From positions 2,761,341 through 2,820,145 of the forward strand of contig NC_057754.1 of assembly GCF_004010195.1 (NCBI RefSeq): a DNA stretch of 58,805 nt. Direction: 5' to 3'. This stretch comes from Chiloscyllium plagiosum. Its lineage: Eukaryota. Of this stretch, positions 1 through 12,194 are shown one piece after another (within the stretch, counting starts at the first letter, position 1; every line of letters starts with the position of its first letter). The notes under the pieces were generated by a model that saw nothing but the letters and a program-made list of their open reading frames with translations, was not told the origin of the DNA and searched no databases. The translations under genes were made by a program, and so were the position numbers.

Positions 1-315
1 GCCTCCTGTCTGTCCCTCCTGATGCTGCCTGGCTTGCTGTGTTCCCCCAGCCTCCTGCCTGTCTGCCTGGTTACGTGGCACAGATAAGGCTCAAAAGAAT
101 CACACTTCACCCGAACACCAGTGTTAATCCTGAAGTCTGTCCCAAATTCAGCTACAAATGAATTTCGGGTCTCCAGTAAGTCACCATCCAATGTTTGTGG
201 GGAGGGGACAAGCACTTCAATCGAATATCTATTTCCAGCACTGTTTGGTGGTTTCTTTAGCAATTTCAGTGTCTGCCAAATTTTGATTGCAGCAATAGCC
301 ATTGCTTAACACCTG

Positions 316-494
316 TGTTCCCCCAGCCACCATTCCAACGCCCCTCCCCCAAGTCCCTCCTCCCTATCTTTTATCTTAGCCTGCTGGACCAACTTTCCTC
401 ATTCCTGAAGAAGGGCTAATGCCCGAAACGTCGATTCTCCTGTTCCCTAGATGCTGCCTGACCTGCTGCGCTTTTCCAGCAACACATTTCCATC
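316..494 (+). mobile_element. Penelope-like element 3' end, hammerhead family A
   Basis: Near-identical to 19826-19987, which adjoins PLE RT sequence; flanked by direct repeat TAACACCTG (307-315, 495-503). Confidence 0.8.
401..436 (+). ncRNA. Minimal type I hammerhead ribozyme motif (family A)
   Basis: CTGAAGA-A-GGGC-TAAT-GCCC-GAAA-C-GTC: full core, 4-bp stem II, GUC triplet; stem I weak. Confidence 0.7.
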
Positions 495-1057
495 TAACAC
501 CTGATTGCCTGATCTCACTTTTCACCTGGCCCCCTGTTGAATACGGGTTATTAAGTGGCAGCGAGGTGTTAAGTGACTATTATGTGTTAAATGATGATTA
601 GGTGTTAAGTGATGTCTTGCCTTTAGTTGTGTCCCACCCTCTAGGATTCCTATGCTCAACTTCTCCCCAATGCCTCCCAGCCCAACAAACTATGCTTTAC
701 AAAAATAAAGTAAACCACTGCGGATGCTGGAAATCGGAAACAAAATCAGGAATTGCTGGAAAGATCTGGCATCTAGGGAGAGAAAGCAGAGCTAACATTT
801 TGGGTCTGTTAACTGTTTAGGATGTTTTTAAGATTGGTTTCAAATCAGTGACCTCTCTGCCTCCCAACCCAAGACTCTTCTTTACTTTCCCGGGATCTCA
901 ACATGTCTCCAGTTCCGGCCTCTTGCAGATTCCTGATCAGTCCAGCACTGTGCTTTCGACTGCCTGGACTCCTTTACTTGGGAAGTTCCTCTCTAAAACT
1001 CCCCACCTATGTTTTTGCATATGAAATGGAATTTACATGTGAAAGAACCGAAACCAA

Positions 1058-1852
1058 AATGCCCGTTCTTTAATATGAGAGACTTAACAAACAATCCAGG
1101 TCTTTTTCAATATATAACTTCAGTTACATCACACTGTAAACTTTTGCTATGAATGCTGTGTCCAGCAATTTTATACTCCACAACCATCTGATGAAGGAGC
1201 GGCGCTCTGAAAGCCAGTACTTCCAAATAAACCTGTTGGACTATAACCTGGTCATAGAGTCATAGAGATGTACAGCACGGAAACAGACCCTTCGGTCCAA
1301 GCCTTCCATGCCGACCAAATATCACAACCCAATCTAGTCCCACCTGCCAGCACCCATCCCATATCCCTCCAAACCCTTCCTACTCATATACCCATCCAAA
1401 TGTCTCTTAAATGCTGTCATTGTACCAGCCTCCACCACTTCCAATCCTGGCAATATCCTTGTAAATCTTTCCTGAACCCTTTCAAGCTTCATAACATCTT
1501 TCCGACAGGAAGGAGACCAGAATTGCGCACAATATTCCAACAGTGGCCTACCGAATGTCCTGTACAGCCGCAACATGACCTCGCTGCATTTTGGGAAAGC
1601 AAATCTTAGCAGGACTTACGTACTTAATGCTAAGGTCCTGGGGAGTGTTGCTGAACAAAGAGACCTTGGAGTGCAGGGTCATAGCTCCTTGAAAGTGGAG
1701 TCGCAGGTAGATAGGATAGTGAAGAAGGCGTTTGGTATGCTTTCCTTTATTGGTCAGAGTATTGAGTACAGGAGTTGCCTCGGCATTTTTCTGAATGTTG
1801 TGTGATTTTTAAACTTGTACATCCCAGTCCAACACTGGCCTCTCCACATCAT
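1058..1852 (+). mobile_element. PLE-derived end, hammerhead family B (degenerate), split by a CR1 insertion
   Basis: Matches 39795-40029; consensus ctataacctggt|gttgtgtg is interrupted at about 1253-1795. Confidence 0.7.
1253..1778 (-). mobile_element. CR1-clade LINE 3' fragment with inverted 5' part
   Basis: (ATGACTCT)n tail at 1253-1268; ORF RPLLEYCAQFWSP..LERVQERFTR; 1583-1778 reads on + (HFGKAN..ERDLGV..KKAFGML). Confidence 0.85.
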
Positions 1853-2243
1853 ATTTTTTTTAATGGTGCTTCTTAATATTTGGCTACCTATCTTAATATT
1901 TCCCTTTGTGTCAAATCTCAATTGACAATGCCTCTGGGAAGCACTTTAGGGCCATTGGCCCAAGGTGCTATATAAATACCAGCTGTTTTGGATGTCAACC
2001 ACCAAATACTTGAGCTGAAGCAAACACGCAATAACTCTGATGGCAGGATATTGAAATTCGAGAACTGGAAATGAGTGAAATGATAAACTTAGGAAAAGGA
2101 AGGATTTCGCACATCATCAGGTTGATGCCGGGCACCTCCTCAAAATTCCTCCTGAAGCACAGCAGGCAGATAGGGCTGCCATTTTCAGCATAGCAAGGAA
2201 AATGAATTGGTTGCCCTGTCGGTCTGCATTTTGACAGTATTGG

Positions 2244-2471
2244 GCAGAAGTGAGGACTGCAGATGCCGGAAGCTAGAGTTTAGATTAGAGCGGTGCTGGA
2301 AGAGCACAGCAGGTCAGGCAGCATCCGAGGAGCAGGAAAATCGACGTTTCGGGCAAAAGCCCTTCATCAGGAAACGCCCTGATGAAGGGCTTTTGCTCGA
2401 AACGTCGATTTTCCTGCTCCTCGGATGCTGCCTGACCTGCTGTGCTTTTCCAGCACCGCTCTAATCTAAAC
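2244..2471. mobile_element. Palindromic PLE mini-element (two head-to-head family A ends)
   Basis: Inverted arms about 2278-2370 / 2379-2471; hammerhead cores at 2343-2370(-) and 2379-2406(+); 15-bp TSD TTTTGACAGTATTGG. Confidence 0.9.
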
Positions 2472-2549
2472 TTTTGACAGTATTGGTTCACCCAGAGAAA
2501 CTATGTGCAGGGATCTGTCAGAACTTGGGTCCAATGGTAACCGTAGGAT

Positions 2550-2750
2550 ATTTAGCATTCAACCGAGGTGGCAGATGTTGATTTAATGTCTCATCTGACA
2601 GGTGGCACCTGAGACTGTGCAGCACTCCCTTTATCTGGGCACTCAAAATGTCAGCTTGGATTGTGTGCTGAAGTTTACAACATCCACCCCACCTCGGATT
2701 TTTTTTTTTGACTCAGAGGGCTGTATGCTTCAAACTGAGAGGGAGGGTTG
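2550..2750 (-). mobile_element. Deu-domain SINE remnant (SacSINE1/AmnSINE-like)
   Basis: tttaatgtctcatctga..ggcacct..gtgcagcactccct..tgtcagc..tgactcagagg motif order. Confidence 0.6.
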
Positions 2751-2754
2751 TTAA

Positions 2755-4190
2755 CATGTCAGATTGGTTTATGTGCAGGGAAGGTCAGGTCTTACCAACT
2801 TAATAGAATTCTTTGAGGAAGTGACAAAGTTGGTTGATGAGGGAAGGGCTGGAGATGTCATATAGATTAGATTACTTACAGTGTGGAAACAGGCCCTTCG
2901 GCCCAACAAGTCCACACCGACTCGCGACTGTGGGAGCAAACTGGAGCACCCGGAGGAATCCCACACAGACACGGGGAGAATGTGCAAACTCCTCACAGAG
3001 AGTCACCTGAGGCAGGAATTGAACCCGGGTCTCTGGCGCTGTGAGGCAACAGTGCTAACCACTGAGCCACCGTGCCGTCCATGGGCTTCAGTGAGGTTCC
3101 CCATGATAGGCTGACGGAGAAGGTGACGTCGCATGGGGTCCAAGGGTGTGGTGGTTTGATGGATAAAGAATTGGCTGGGCAACAGGACACAGAGAGTAGT
3201 AGTAGAAGGGAGTTTCTCAAAATGGGGACCTGTGACCAGTGGGGTTCCACAGGGATCCATATTGGGACCACTGTTGTTTGTGATATACGTAAATGATTTG
3301 GAGGAAGGTGTAGGTGGTCTGATTAGCAAGTTTGCAAATAACACTAAGATTGGTGGAGTAGCAGGTAGTGAAGGGGTCTGTCAGAGAATACAACAGAATA
3401 TAGATGGATTGGAGCTTTGGGTGGAGAAATGGCAGATGGAGTTCAATCCTGGCAAATGCGAGGTGATGCATTTTGGAAAATCCAATTCAAGAACAACCAT
3501 CCAGTGAATGGAAAAGGCCTGGGGAAAGTTGATGTATGGAGCGATCTGGGTGTCCATTGTACTCTGAAGGTGGCAGGTTGATAGAGTGGTCAAGAAGGAA
3601 TATGGCGTGCTTTCCTTCATCAAACGGGGTATTGAGTACAAGAGTTGGCAGGTCATGTTACAATTGTAAAAGACTTTGGTTCAGCCACATTTGGAATACT
3701 GCGTACAGTTCTGGTCGCCACCTTACTCAAAGGATGTGGATGTTTTGGAGAGGGTGCAGAGGAGGTTCACCAGGATGTTGCCTGGTATGGAGGGTGCTAG
3801 CTATGGAGTTTGAGCAGATTAGGATTATTTTCATTATAAAGACTGAGGTTAGGGAGGATTTGATTGACGTCTACAAAATCATGAGAAGCTTTTTCCCAGA
3901 GTGGGGGTCACGGGTTCAAGGTAAGAAGGGAAATGTTTAGGGGAGATATACGTGGAAATTTCTTTAAGCAGAGGGTAGTGGGTGCCTGGAATACACTGCC
4001 AGCAGAGGTGATAGAGGTGGGCACGATAGCGTCATTTTAGATGTGTCTAGACAGATACATGAATGGGCGCAGGGAGCAAAGGGATACAGATCCTTAGAAA
4101 AGAGGTGACAGGTTTAGACAGAGGATCTGGATCGGTGCAGGCTTAGAGGGCCGAAGGGCCTGTTCCTGTGCTGTAATGCTCCTTGTTCTT
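2755..4190 (+). mobile_element. CR1-clade LINE, RT C-terminal half plus 3' end, decayed
   Basis: SGVPQGSILGPLLFVIYVNDL..ISKFANNTK..WQMEFNPGKCEVMHFG; 3' hairpin gggccgaagggcct. Confidence 0.9.
2863..3079 (-). mobile_element. HE1-type V-SINE (internally deleted), nested in CR1
   Basis: tRNA-like A/B-box head and (AATCT)n tail. Confidence 0.9.
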
Positions 4191-4417
4191 GGAGAGAGTT
4201 TGTGTATCAGAGCCGATAGTTGTCAATGAACTGATGTGACTTTTCATGCAGAGTCTTCTGGTTGTTTACTTAACGTTTGAGAGATTCATTCAAACATCTG
4301 ATAACAATGGGGACGAAGCTGATCTTGAGTCTACTCATTTGTGCGTGAGGACATTTATATCTTCTGCCTGAGAGTGGAAGAGAGTTAAACAGGGTGGGAG
4401 GGGTGTTTGATAGTGTT

Positions 4418-4531
4418 GGAGCGACGCTCCGAAAGCTAGTGTGCTTCCAATTAAACCTGTTGGACTATAACCTGGTGTTGTGTGATTTTTAACTTTTGTA
4501 CACCCCAGTCCAACACCAGCACCTCCAAATC
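4418..4531 (+). mobile_element. 5'-truncated PLE family B end
   Basis: ggagcgacgctccgaaagctagtg..ctccaaatc; lacks the CTGATGA half. Confidence 0.75.
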
Positions 4532-5348
4532 AGTAATAAGTGAAAGCAGTGTGTATGTGTGTGTGGGACTCTTGACTGAACAAACTTCAACAAACAAAAA
4601 TATGAATCAGACAGGAACTCTGCAACTTAAACCAATAACTAAAGGGAGGCTTGTCATTTAGACTATGAGATAATCTCCAAGTGTCAGAGTTGTAGTAACA
4701 AACAGACGTAACCATGGGAACGGTTACCTGTGGTGCAGGTTATTTTTTTGGAAACTTACCGCTGATCAATGGAGGTGTCTGTTGATGCCAGGAGCAACAG
4801 CAGTTATTAGAGATGACCTGCTTCTCCCCAGCAGAGAGATGGTGCACCTGGTACACGTATCTGCTGAAAACCACCTGCACTGAGCCTTCACTTTGCGAAG
4901 TGGATCATGTCCATTTCATACCAGACTTGAAATGTTTGTCTGTTTATCTCCCCACAGATGCTGCTAGACCCACACTAGCACTCAATGGTATTTGCAAGCA
5001 ATAAAGGTTAGCCAGTGCACCGGAGTTTGTTTGTTCCATAGGACTGTGAGACCCAAAGGAGTAAGGACCAGGCTCTTCAGCGACTCTAGCCTTCTCTATC
5101 AATCGACAGGATCGTGGCTAATCTATCACTCCTCACGCCTACTTTCCTGCCCCTTCCCCAGGACAACTTGATCAAGAACTGTCTCAGCCTTAAGTATCCA
5201 CAAGAACTCTGCCTCCATAGCTCTCTGTGATAGTGAGAGTTCCAACCCTCTGACAGAACAAACAATCCAGGTCTCTTGCAATATATAATTTCAGTTACAT
5301 CACTCCCTGAACTTTTGCCACAAATTCTGCATCTTACGATCTTATACT

Positions 5349-5988
5349 CCACAGCCACCCAGGTGGATAGTGCTGTTAAGAAGGTATACGGTGTGTTAGG
5401 TTCCATTCGTAGAGGGATTAAGTCCAGAGCCGCAATATCATGCCGCAACTATACAAAACGCTGGTGCGGCCACACTTGGAATATTGTGTCCCCATGTTTC
5501 GGGAAGGATGTGGGAGCATTGGAAAAGGTGCAGAGGAGATTTACCAGGATGTTGCCTGGTCTGGAGGGAAGGTCTTGTGAGGAATGGCTGAGAGACTTGA
5601 ACCTGTTCTCATTGGCAAGAAGAAGGCTAAGAGGGGATTTGACAGAGACATACACGATGATCAGAGGATTAGATAGGGTAGACAGTGAAAGTCTTTTTCC
5701 TAGGATAATTACTTCAGTGTATATGAGGGGGCATAACTACAAATTGAGGGGTGATAGATTTAAGACAGATGTCAGAGGCAGGTTCTTTACGCAGAGAGTG
5801 GTAAGGGCGTGGAATGCCCTACCTGCTAATGTAGTCAACTCAGCCGCATTAGGGAGATTTAAACAATCCTTAGATAAGCACATAGATGATGATGGGATAG
5901 TGTAGGGAGACGAGCTGAGAATAGTTCACAGGTCGGCGCAACATCGAGGACCGAAGGGACTGTTCTGCGCTATATTGTTCTATGTTCT
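5349..5988 (+). mobile_element. CR1-clade LINE 3' fragment
   Basis: [42 protein letters not shown]; (TTCTATG)-type tail. Confidence 0.9.
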
Positions 5989-6117
5989 AACCACCTGATG
6001 AAGGAGCAGCGCTCCGAAAGCTAGTGCTTCCAAATAAACCTGTTGGACTGTAACCTGGTGTTGGGGTGTGATTCTTAACTTTGTCCACCCCAGTCCAACA
6101 CCAGCATCTCCAGATCA
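5989..6117 (+). mobile_element. PLE family B end
   Basis: Same sequence as 39904-40029. Confidence 0.8.
5992..6026 (+). ncRNA. Minimal type I hammerhead ribozyme motif (family B)
   Basis: CAC-CTGATGA-A-GGAGC-AGC-GCTCC-GAAA-GC-TA-GTG: stem I CAC/GTG, 5-bp stem II, CUA triplet. Confidence 0.75.
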
Positions 6118-6380
6118 AGGAATTCCTCCTCATCTCAGTATTAAATTGAAACCCCCTAGTTCTGAGACGTTGCTCTCTGTTCCAGTAATGTTCCTCCACC
6201 TGAAAGGGCAGGCAGGGCGCCCAAATGACAGTGCTAACAGTGTCGCACTCCTCCAGTACTGCAAGGGGAGTGTCAGAGCAGCTTTTACACTCAGCTCTCT
6301 CAAACCTTTAACTGTCCGCCTCAGACAGAATTGAGCCCCACCTAACGCCATCACCCCATATGAGAGAATTGTTATTGGGA

Positions 6381-7015
6381 GTTAAAAAGTGTGGTGCTGG
6401 AAAAGCACAGCAAGTCAGGCATCAGCCGAGGAGCAGCAGAATCAATGTTTCGGGCATAAGCCCATCAACATTCCTGATGAAGGGCTTACACCCGAAACGT
6501 TGACTGTGTTGCTCCTCGGATGCTGCCTAACCGGCTGTGCTTTTCCAGCATCACACTTTTTGACTCCCAATAACAATTCTCTCAGGGCGGCACGGTGGCA
6601 CAGTGGTTAGCACTGCTGCCTCACAGCGCCAGGGACCCGGGTTCAATCCCACCCTCGGGCAATTGTTTGTGCGGAGTTTGCACCTTCTCCCCCTGTCTGC
6701 GTGGGTTTCCTCCGGGTGCTCCGGTTTCCTCCCACAGTCCAAAGATGTGCAGGGTCAGGTGAATTGGCCATGCTAAATTGCCTGTAGTGTTAGGTGAAGG
6801 GGTAAATGTAGGGGAATGGGTCTGGGTGGGTTGCGGGTCAGTGTGGACTTGTTGGGCCGAAGGGCCTGTTTCCACACTGTAAGTAAGCTAATCCAAACTA
6901 ATCATATGGGGTGATGGTGTTAGTCGGGTATAAATTCTGTGATTGTACTGCTGAGGCAGACAGTTAAAGGTTTGAGAGACTTTGATCTCCAGCATCTGCA
7001 GTCCTCAGTTTCTCG
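6381..7015. mobile_element. Palindromic PLE family A element with captured inverted flank and nested HE1
   Basis: Inverted arms 6381-6465 / 6471-6565; element tail resumes at about 6980-7015; degenerate TSD 6367-6380 / 7017-7030. Confidence 0.75.
6585..6903 (+). mobile_element. HE1-type V-SINE, full length
   Basis: gggcggcacggtggcacagtgg..ggttcaatccc head, central V domain, CR1-like tail. Confidence 0.95.
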
Positions 7016-7489
7016 TAATTATTGTTGGGACTCAAGTAGCCAGTCTGTGTACAATACTTACGTTGCACTGTGGGAACATCGGTTTAACATGTTGAAATTC
7101 CTTCTCTGCTAACACCACAAGACATCTAAATATATCAATCTGTTGGGGCAACCAGGGAGAGGAATTCCATACAAACAGGGTAAGCATCATTTGGTAAGCG
7201 CACATCGGGAAATCCAGCATTGATGGTCTTAGGCTCACAGGAGGCCACATATTAACACACTGAACCCTCCGCAGGGTAGGGCTCCTCTTTATTTGTTCTC
7301 CAGGAGGTAGACATCCACAATTCCCAAAAGTGACTTCTCTCAGGGATAACCCTCGAGAGGATCGGAAGAATATTGACTGCTGACCTCCTCTTCTCGTGGT
7401 TTTCCATCTTAGTACTGGCCCCGATCAGAAACCCTCCCCTCCGGGCAGGACATCTACTTCATTGTGCACCATTTCACAAGGAAAACGAA

Positions 7490-8190
7490 GAAGCCTTTTT
7501 GATTGTACAGCTCCTTGGGATGTCACAAAACACCTTACAGCCATTGAAGCAGCTTTCACATCTAATCATTGTTATAACTTAGGAAACACACCCTTTGTGT
7601 AGCACCCTTTGTGGGTGGCACGGTGGTTAGCACTGTTGCCTCACAGCGCCAGAGATCCAGGTTCAATTCCCGCCTCAGGCGACTGACTGTGTGGAGTTTG
7701 CACGTTCTCCCCGTGTCTGCGTGGGTTTCCTCCGGGTGCTCCGGTTTCCTCCCACAGTCCAAAGATGTGCAGGGTCAGGTGAATTGGCCATATTAAATTG
7801 CCCATAGTGTTAGGTATAGGGGTAAATGTAGGGGTATGGGTGGGTGGCGGGTCGGTGTGGACTTGTTGGGCTGAAGGGCCTGTTTCCACACTGTAATGTA
7901 ATCTAAATCTAATCTAATCTAAATCTAAAGATCCCACAAGCAGCCAATTGACAGTGGCCTCGATTATCTGTTTTCAGTGAAGTCGTTTGAGGGATAGATA
8001 TTGACCAAGAGAAGAGAAACTTTCTTCCTGCTGTTCTTTCATTGGTAGCTGAAGCATCTTTTATGTTCCTCCATAGTTTAACAGCACAACAGCTCCAAAG
8101 GTGTAGCCCTCTCTCAGTCTTACACTGAGAGTACCAGTTAGGCTGGATCCTCTGGTGCAGGATCGTAAGCAAGGATAATCCTGACTGAAA
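7490..8190 (-). mobile_element. Diverged Deu-domain SINE interrupted by HE1
   Basis: Tail ccttacagccattgaagc and core caattgacagtggcc..gggatagatattgacca. Confidence 0.5.
7613..7928 (+). mobile_element. HE1-type V-SINE, full length
   Basis: Head, V domain and (AATCT)n tail. Confidence 0.95.
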
Positions 8191-8749
8191 CGATATTGTA
8201 ATCATTTAAGAAGGCCTGCTTCCATTTCTGAGGACCATAAGGGCTGGCTGGTAAACATGGCTTTGTCAGACATACTGTAAACACACATTTGAACACAGAA
8301 TTGTATGCTTCATCATCCTTGTTTATTCTTGACCCTTCTGGTGATAATTACAGCCATTTTACTGAACAACTTAACCGAAAAAAATAAACCCAGCTGCACG
8401 CAGTGAGGACAAACTGTTTTTCATTATCCCTTCCATCTAAAACAAAGACATCTTCCTGATGAAGACATATTTTTCCAGTCTGTAAAATCCATCCCATTAG
8501 GGGAAGAGGGACTGAAACTGGGACTGCCCAGAAGGGGAGATAAGAAAGGAATCCTGGGGGTTTCACATGAAAAACTGTGCTACAAGGTACTAGTTGGAGA
8601 AAAGTTCTGGATTTAAGCTCACGTGCAGACAATGGAGATGGGAGCGTATACATATCAGACATTGGAATGGTCCGTACTTCAAGTAAAACTGCGGCAGGGT
8701 CAAAGTGAAGAAAGCAGAGGAGAAGGACTTGTATTTCTCTAGGGCCTTT

Positions 8750-9996
8750 TGTGACAAAATGTGCATGATGTCATTTTAGAGTTGGATTTTACTCTTGTGA
8801 AGAGTTTTATAACAAAAAGTAGGTCAGACAGTCCTTCTGAAATTGTGATCTAATCCAGTATGTGTCAGAGAGCAGAGTATCCCTGGAGTGTTAACAGAAA
8901 ATTGTTTACACAATGGTAGTTAATGATAGGGTAATAATTGAAGGCCATTTGATTGTTTTCAGTTAAGAATAATCAGAGATTATTTTTAGTTTATATAACT
9001 CAGAGATTCGGAGTTCTGAGGACAGTTTGGAAGAGACTTGATGGGGTCAGAAACAACTATAACCTCTTTCCATTTTCAGAACAATTGAGGTCATAAGTCA
9101 CCTCAGTAGAGCAGTTTAATTTATGTAACTTATAGATCCGTGATTGGTTAGAAATCTGCAGGTTATTAGAAGCTGAGAAAGTCTAAGCTCTCAGTTTTGA
9201 GAGTTTTCACGTAAGAAGATTCCATGGTTTACAGCACAGAAACTGGGAGGGAGGGTGGAGTCAGTTAAGTTATTTTTATTCACTCACATGGGTGTCACCG
9301 ACTGGCTGGCTCGCATTTATTGCCCATCCTTGAGATGGTCAGCTGCCTTCTTAAAATGCTGCGATCCGTGTGCTGTACTTGGATCCAGAATGCCTTTTGG
9401 GAGGGAATCCCAGGATTCTGACCCAGTGAAGGAACAGCGATTTCCAAATCAGGATGTAAGTAGGTTGGCGGTGGTGTTCCCATGTATCTTGTGATCATAG
9501 AGTCATAGAGATGTACAGCATGGAAACAGACCCTTCCGTTGTCCTTTTAGATGGAAGGGTTCATGGATTTAGAAGGTGCTGTCTGAGGATCTTTAGAGAA
9601 TTTCTACTGTGCATCTTGTGGTGCTAATCAAGCAGTGGCTGCTTTGTCCTGGATGATATCAAGTGTTGTTGGAGCTGCACTCATCCAGGCAAGTCTGACT
9701 TAAAGATTTGATGTATAATCTAATTTGTTTGGATTTGTATCATTGTAAAGTAATGATGTTTGGAAATTGTGTTGGTGGCTTTAAGATTTTTCTAATTGTG
9801 TTCTATATCTAAATAGCTTGGCTTTTTTTGTTTGTTTTATGTAATAAACTTCCTTTCTATTGTTAAAGAAACTCATCAACCTTGTGTGACTGGGTTTAGT
9901 GAATGATCACTATGTGAACTAAAATAAAAGGAAAACGTATGAACCATCAGGCCAGATTTCATTCTGGGTTCTCTACCATCAGCTAGGATCTCAACA
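8750..9996 (+). mobile_element. Probable solo LTR (Gypsy-like)
   Basis: TGTGAC..AACA termini, CTTT TSD (8746-8749, 9997-10000), AATAAA near the 3' end; flanks rejoin into a SINE tail. Confidence 0.65.
9280..9700 (-). mobile_element. L2/CR1-group LINE 3' end nested in the LTR
   Basis: gcatttattgcccatcc..ccaggattctgacccag motif shared with the SINE tail at 24790-24840; short CR1 tail at 9494-9538. Confidence 0.55.
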
Positions 9997-10429
9997 CTTT
10001 CATAGTTCAGGTTATTCTCTAAGTATTTTAAAGCTTTTGAAGTGTTCCTGCTGCGTAAAGGTGCAAGGGTCTGAAAGGGTTAATACCGAGGAGCGCTTTA
10101 AGCAGCAAGATGATAATTTTGTATGGACTTGGTTGGAGAAAACTTAGGTTCTTGAAGGGGTAAGATCTGCCATCCTAACATATCAGTGTAACTTACACGT
10201 AGTTGCTAACGTTAAAAGTTAAATTAGCAATTTTTAAAAAGTACAATTGTTTCAGACAAGAGCCACCTCCCATTAGAATACTGAATATTTTCTCTGCCAC
10301 ACCAGACCAACAGGCCCTGTAGATTGCTATCCTGAAGGAGGGCAGTAGCAGCAAACATATCCATTGTTGTGCAGACCATCTCATACAACAAAGTGGTCAG
10401 AGGTAAGTATTGTTCATGTTGCAAAGTAA

Positions 10430-10720
10430 TAAAATAATAAGTTACTGTTGTAAAGTCATAAATGTGACAGTCAATTTAGACACAGCAACCTCCCATAAGC
10501 AACAATGTGACAAATTATTAGATTGTTTTTACTGATGTTAGTTTATAGATAACTTGGCTCAGGACATTAAAGGACCATTCCTCTGCTCGTTGTCCAGTGG
10601 TGTATTCCAATAATGCCTTTTACATCCACCTGGGATGGCCGACCAGGCCTCAGGATAATGTCCCAACCAAAAGATGGTGCCTCCAACAATGAAGTATTGG
10701 GGTGCACACAAGAGAGGGAT
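10430..10720 (-). mobile_element. Deu-domain SINE remnant
   Basis: cacagcaacctccca..agcaacaatgtgac..ttttacatccacctg..aaagatggtgcctcc. Confidence 0.6.
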
Positions 10721-11300
10721 TGATATATAGAATTGACTTTGACTGGTATAGTGGAGGCAAAGATTTCTGCAATCCGTTCGGAGTGGTTATAGGGGGTACC
10801 TGTGTTACTGAACTAGGACAGTACAATGTCGTAAGTGTTGCTTGCCTAAATGTATGATCTTGTCCAGCAGATTGACCGAGGAGCAGAATCACTCGCTGAA
10901 ACCTGTTTAATCTTGAAGTTGAGGCTTAACTGTTCCTCTAAATTTGTGCACATAGCCAGTGGCTACTCATGCATGGATCACAATCAGAATCTGTTCTTTC
11001 AAATGCTATGTCCAAACTTTCGATCCTGGCAGCTCAGATACATTGAACGCTGAGCACTGACTTTTATTGAGTCAGAGGCAAATCAAGGAGTGAAACTGGG
11101 ATCTTCCAAGTCTGTACACCTCAGTATCAGACCAGCTGGTCAGATACAAAGCTACTGGGGGGATTTAATTTGTGTTTAGTAAGAGACTCTTAAATCATTT
11201 TGCTGACTGTGTGTAGGCACACCAGCTGTGGATTTTCAAGTTATGAAGCAAGGGGTGACTTAAGGAAATGGAATCTCATGGTGGTGTTCAAAATTCTGAA

Positions 11301-11575
11301 AGATTAGATTAGCTTCCCTATAGTATGGAAACAGGCCTTTCGGCCCAGCCAGTACACACCGAAGAGTAACCCACCCAGAACCCTGGCATTATGAGCAATT
11401 TAGCATGGCCAATCCACTCTAACCTGCACATCTTTGGACTGTGGGAGGAAACCGGAGGAAACCCGCGCAGACACGGGGAGAATGTGCAAACTCCACACAG
11501 ACAGTCGCCCGAGGCTGGAATCGAACCTGGGACCCTGGTGCTGCGAGGCAACGGTGCTAACCACTGAGCCTCCGT
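11301..11575 (-). mobile_element. HE1-type V-SINE
   Basis: Head, V domain and tail; possible TSD TGAAAG. Confidence 0.9.
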
Positions 11576-12194
11576 TGAAAGGTTTTGAGATAGTCAGTGT
11601 GACAGATTGCCTCCATTGGTTGGTGAATAGGTCTTGAGGAGGCGCAGGCAAGATTAGCGCCGAAAGAATGATGGAGGAGGTGAAGAAGAGGTTGCACAAC
11701 AATGGCGTGCATTCTGTACAGCATCTTTAAGTAAAAACATCTCCAGGTGTTTCTCAATGGCAAGAAAAATGGCAGTGACCATTTAAGCAGGTATTAGACG
11801 TGGCCAAGTGATTAGCAAAAGTGGTAGACTTTAAGGAGCATAAAAGAAGGAACAGATTTAGGGACAGAATTTTGGAGATTTAGGGACTAGGTAGTCAACT
11901 GCATGGCTGACAATGTTGCAGCAATTAAAATAAGGGCAGCTGTTATGATTTTGCAGAATTTAGACCAGATATTTTTATGTTGCAGTGATATTCTTGTGTT
12001 ATCTAAATGCAACACCAACGAGGTACATGAATTCCATTCAGTTAGAATCTTTTGAGGGCTTCCTTGCAGCTAAACCACCATAGACAATGCAGAATAATCT
12101 CCAGGCACAGTAAAACTTTCCAAAGCTAGGATCAGGACACCAAGTGGAGTAACAAGCTATGAGTTTGGGGAGCTGAGATAGAAATAGCCACCGT

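Noticed and set aside
2285..2491. Recurring peptides such as CWKSTAGQAASEEQENRRF and MAQWLALLPH as a gene family
   Set aside because: Incidental translations of PLE ends and HE1 SINEs
6585..6655. tRNA genes at HE1 heads
   Set aside because: A/B boxes belong to SINE heads that continue into the V domain and LINE tail
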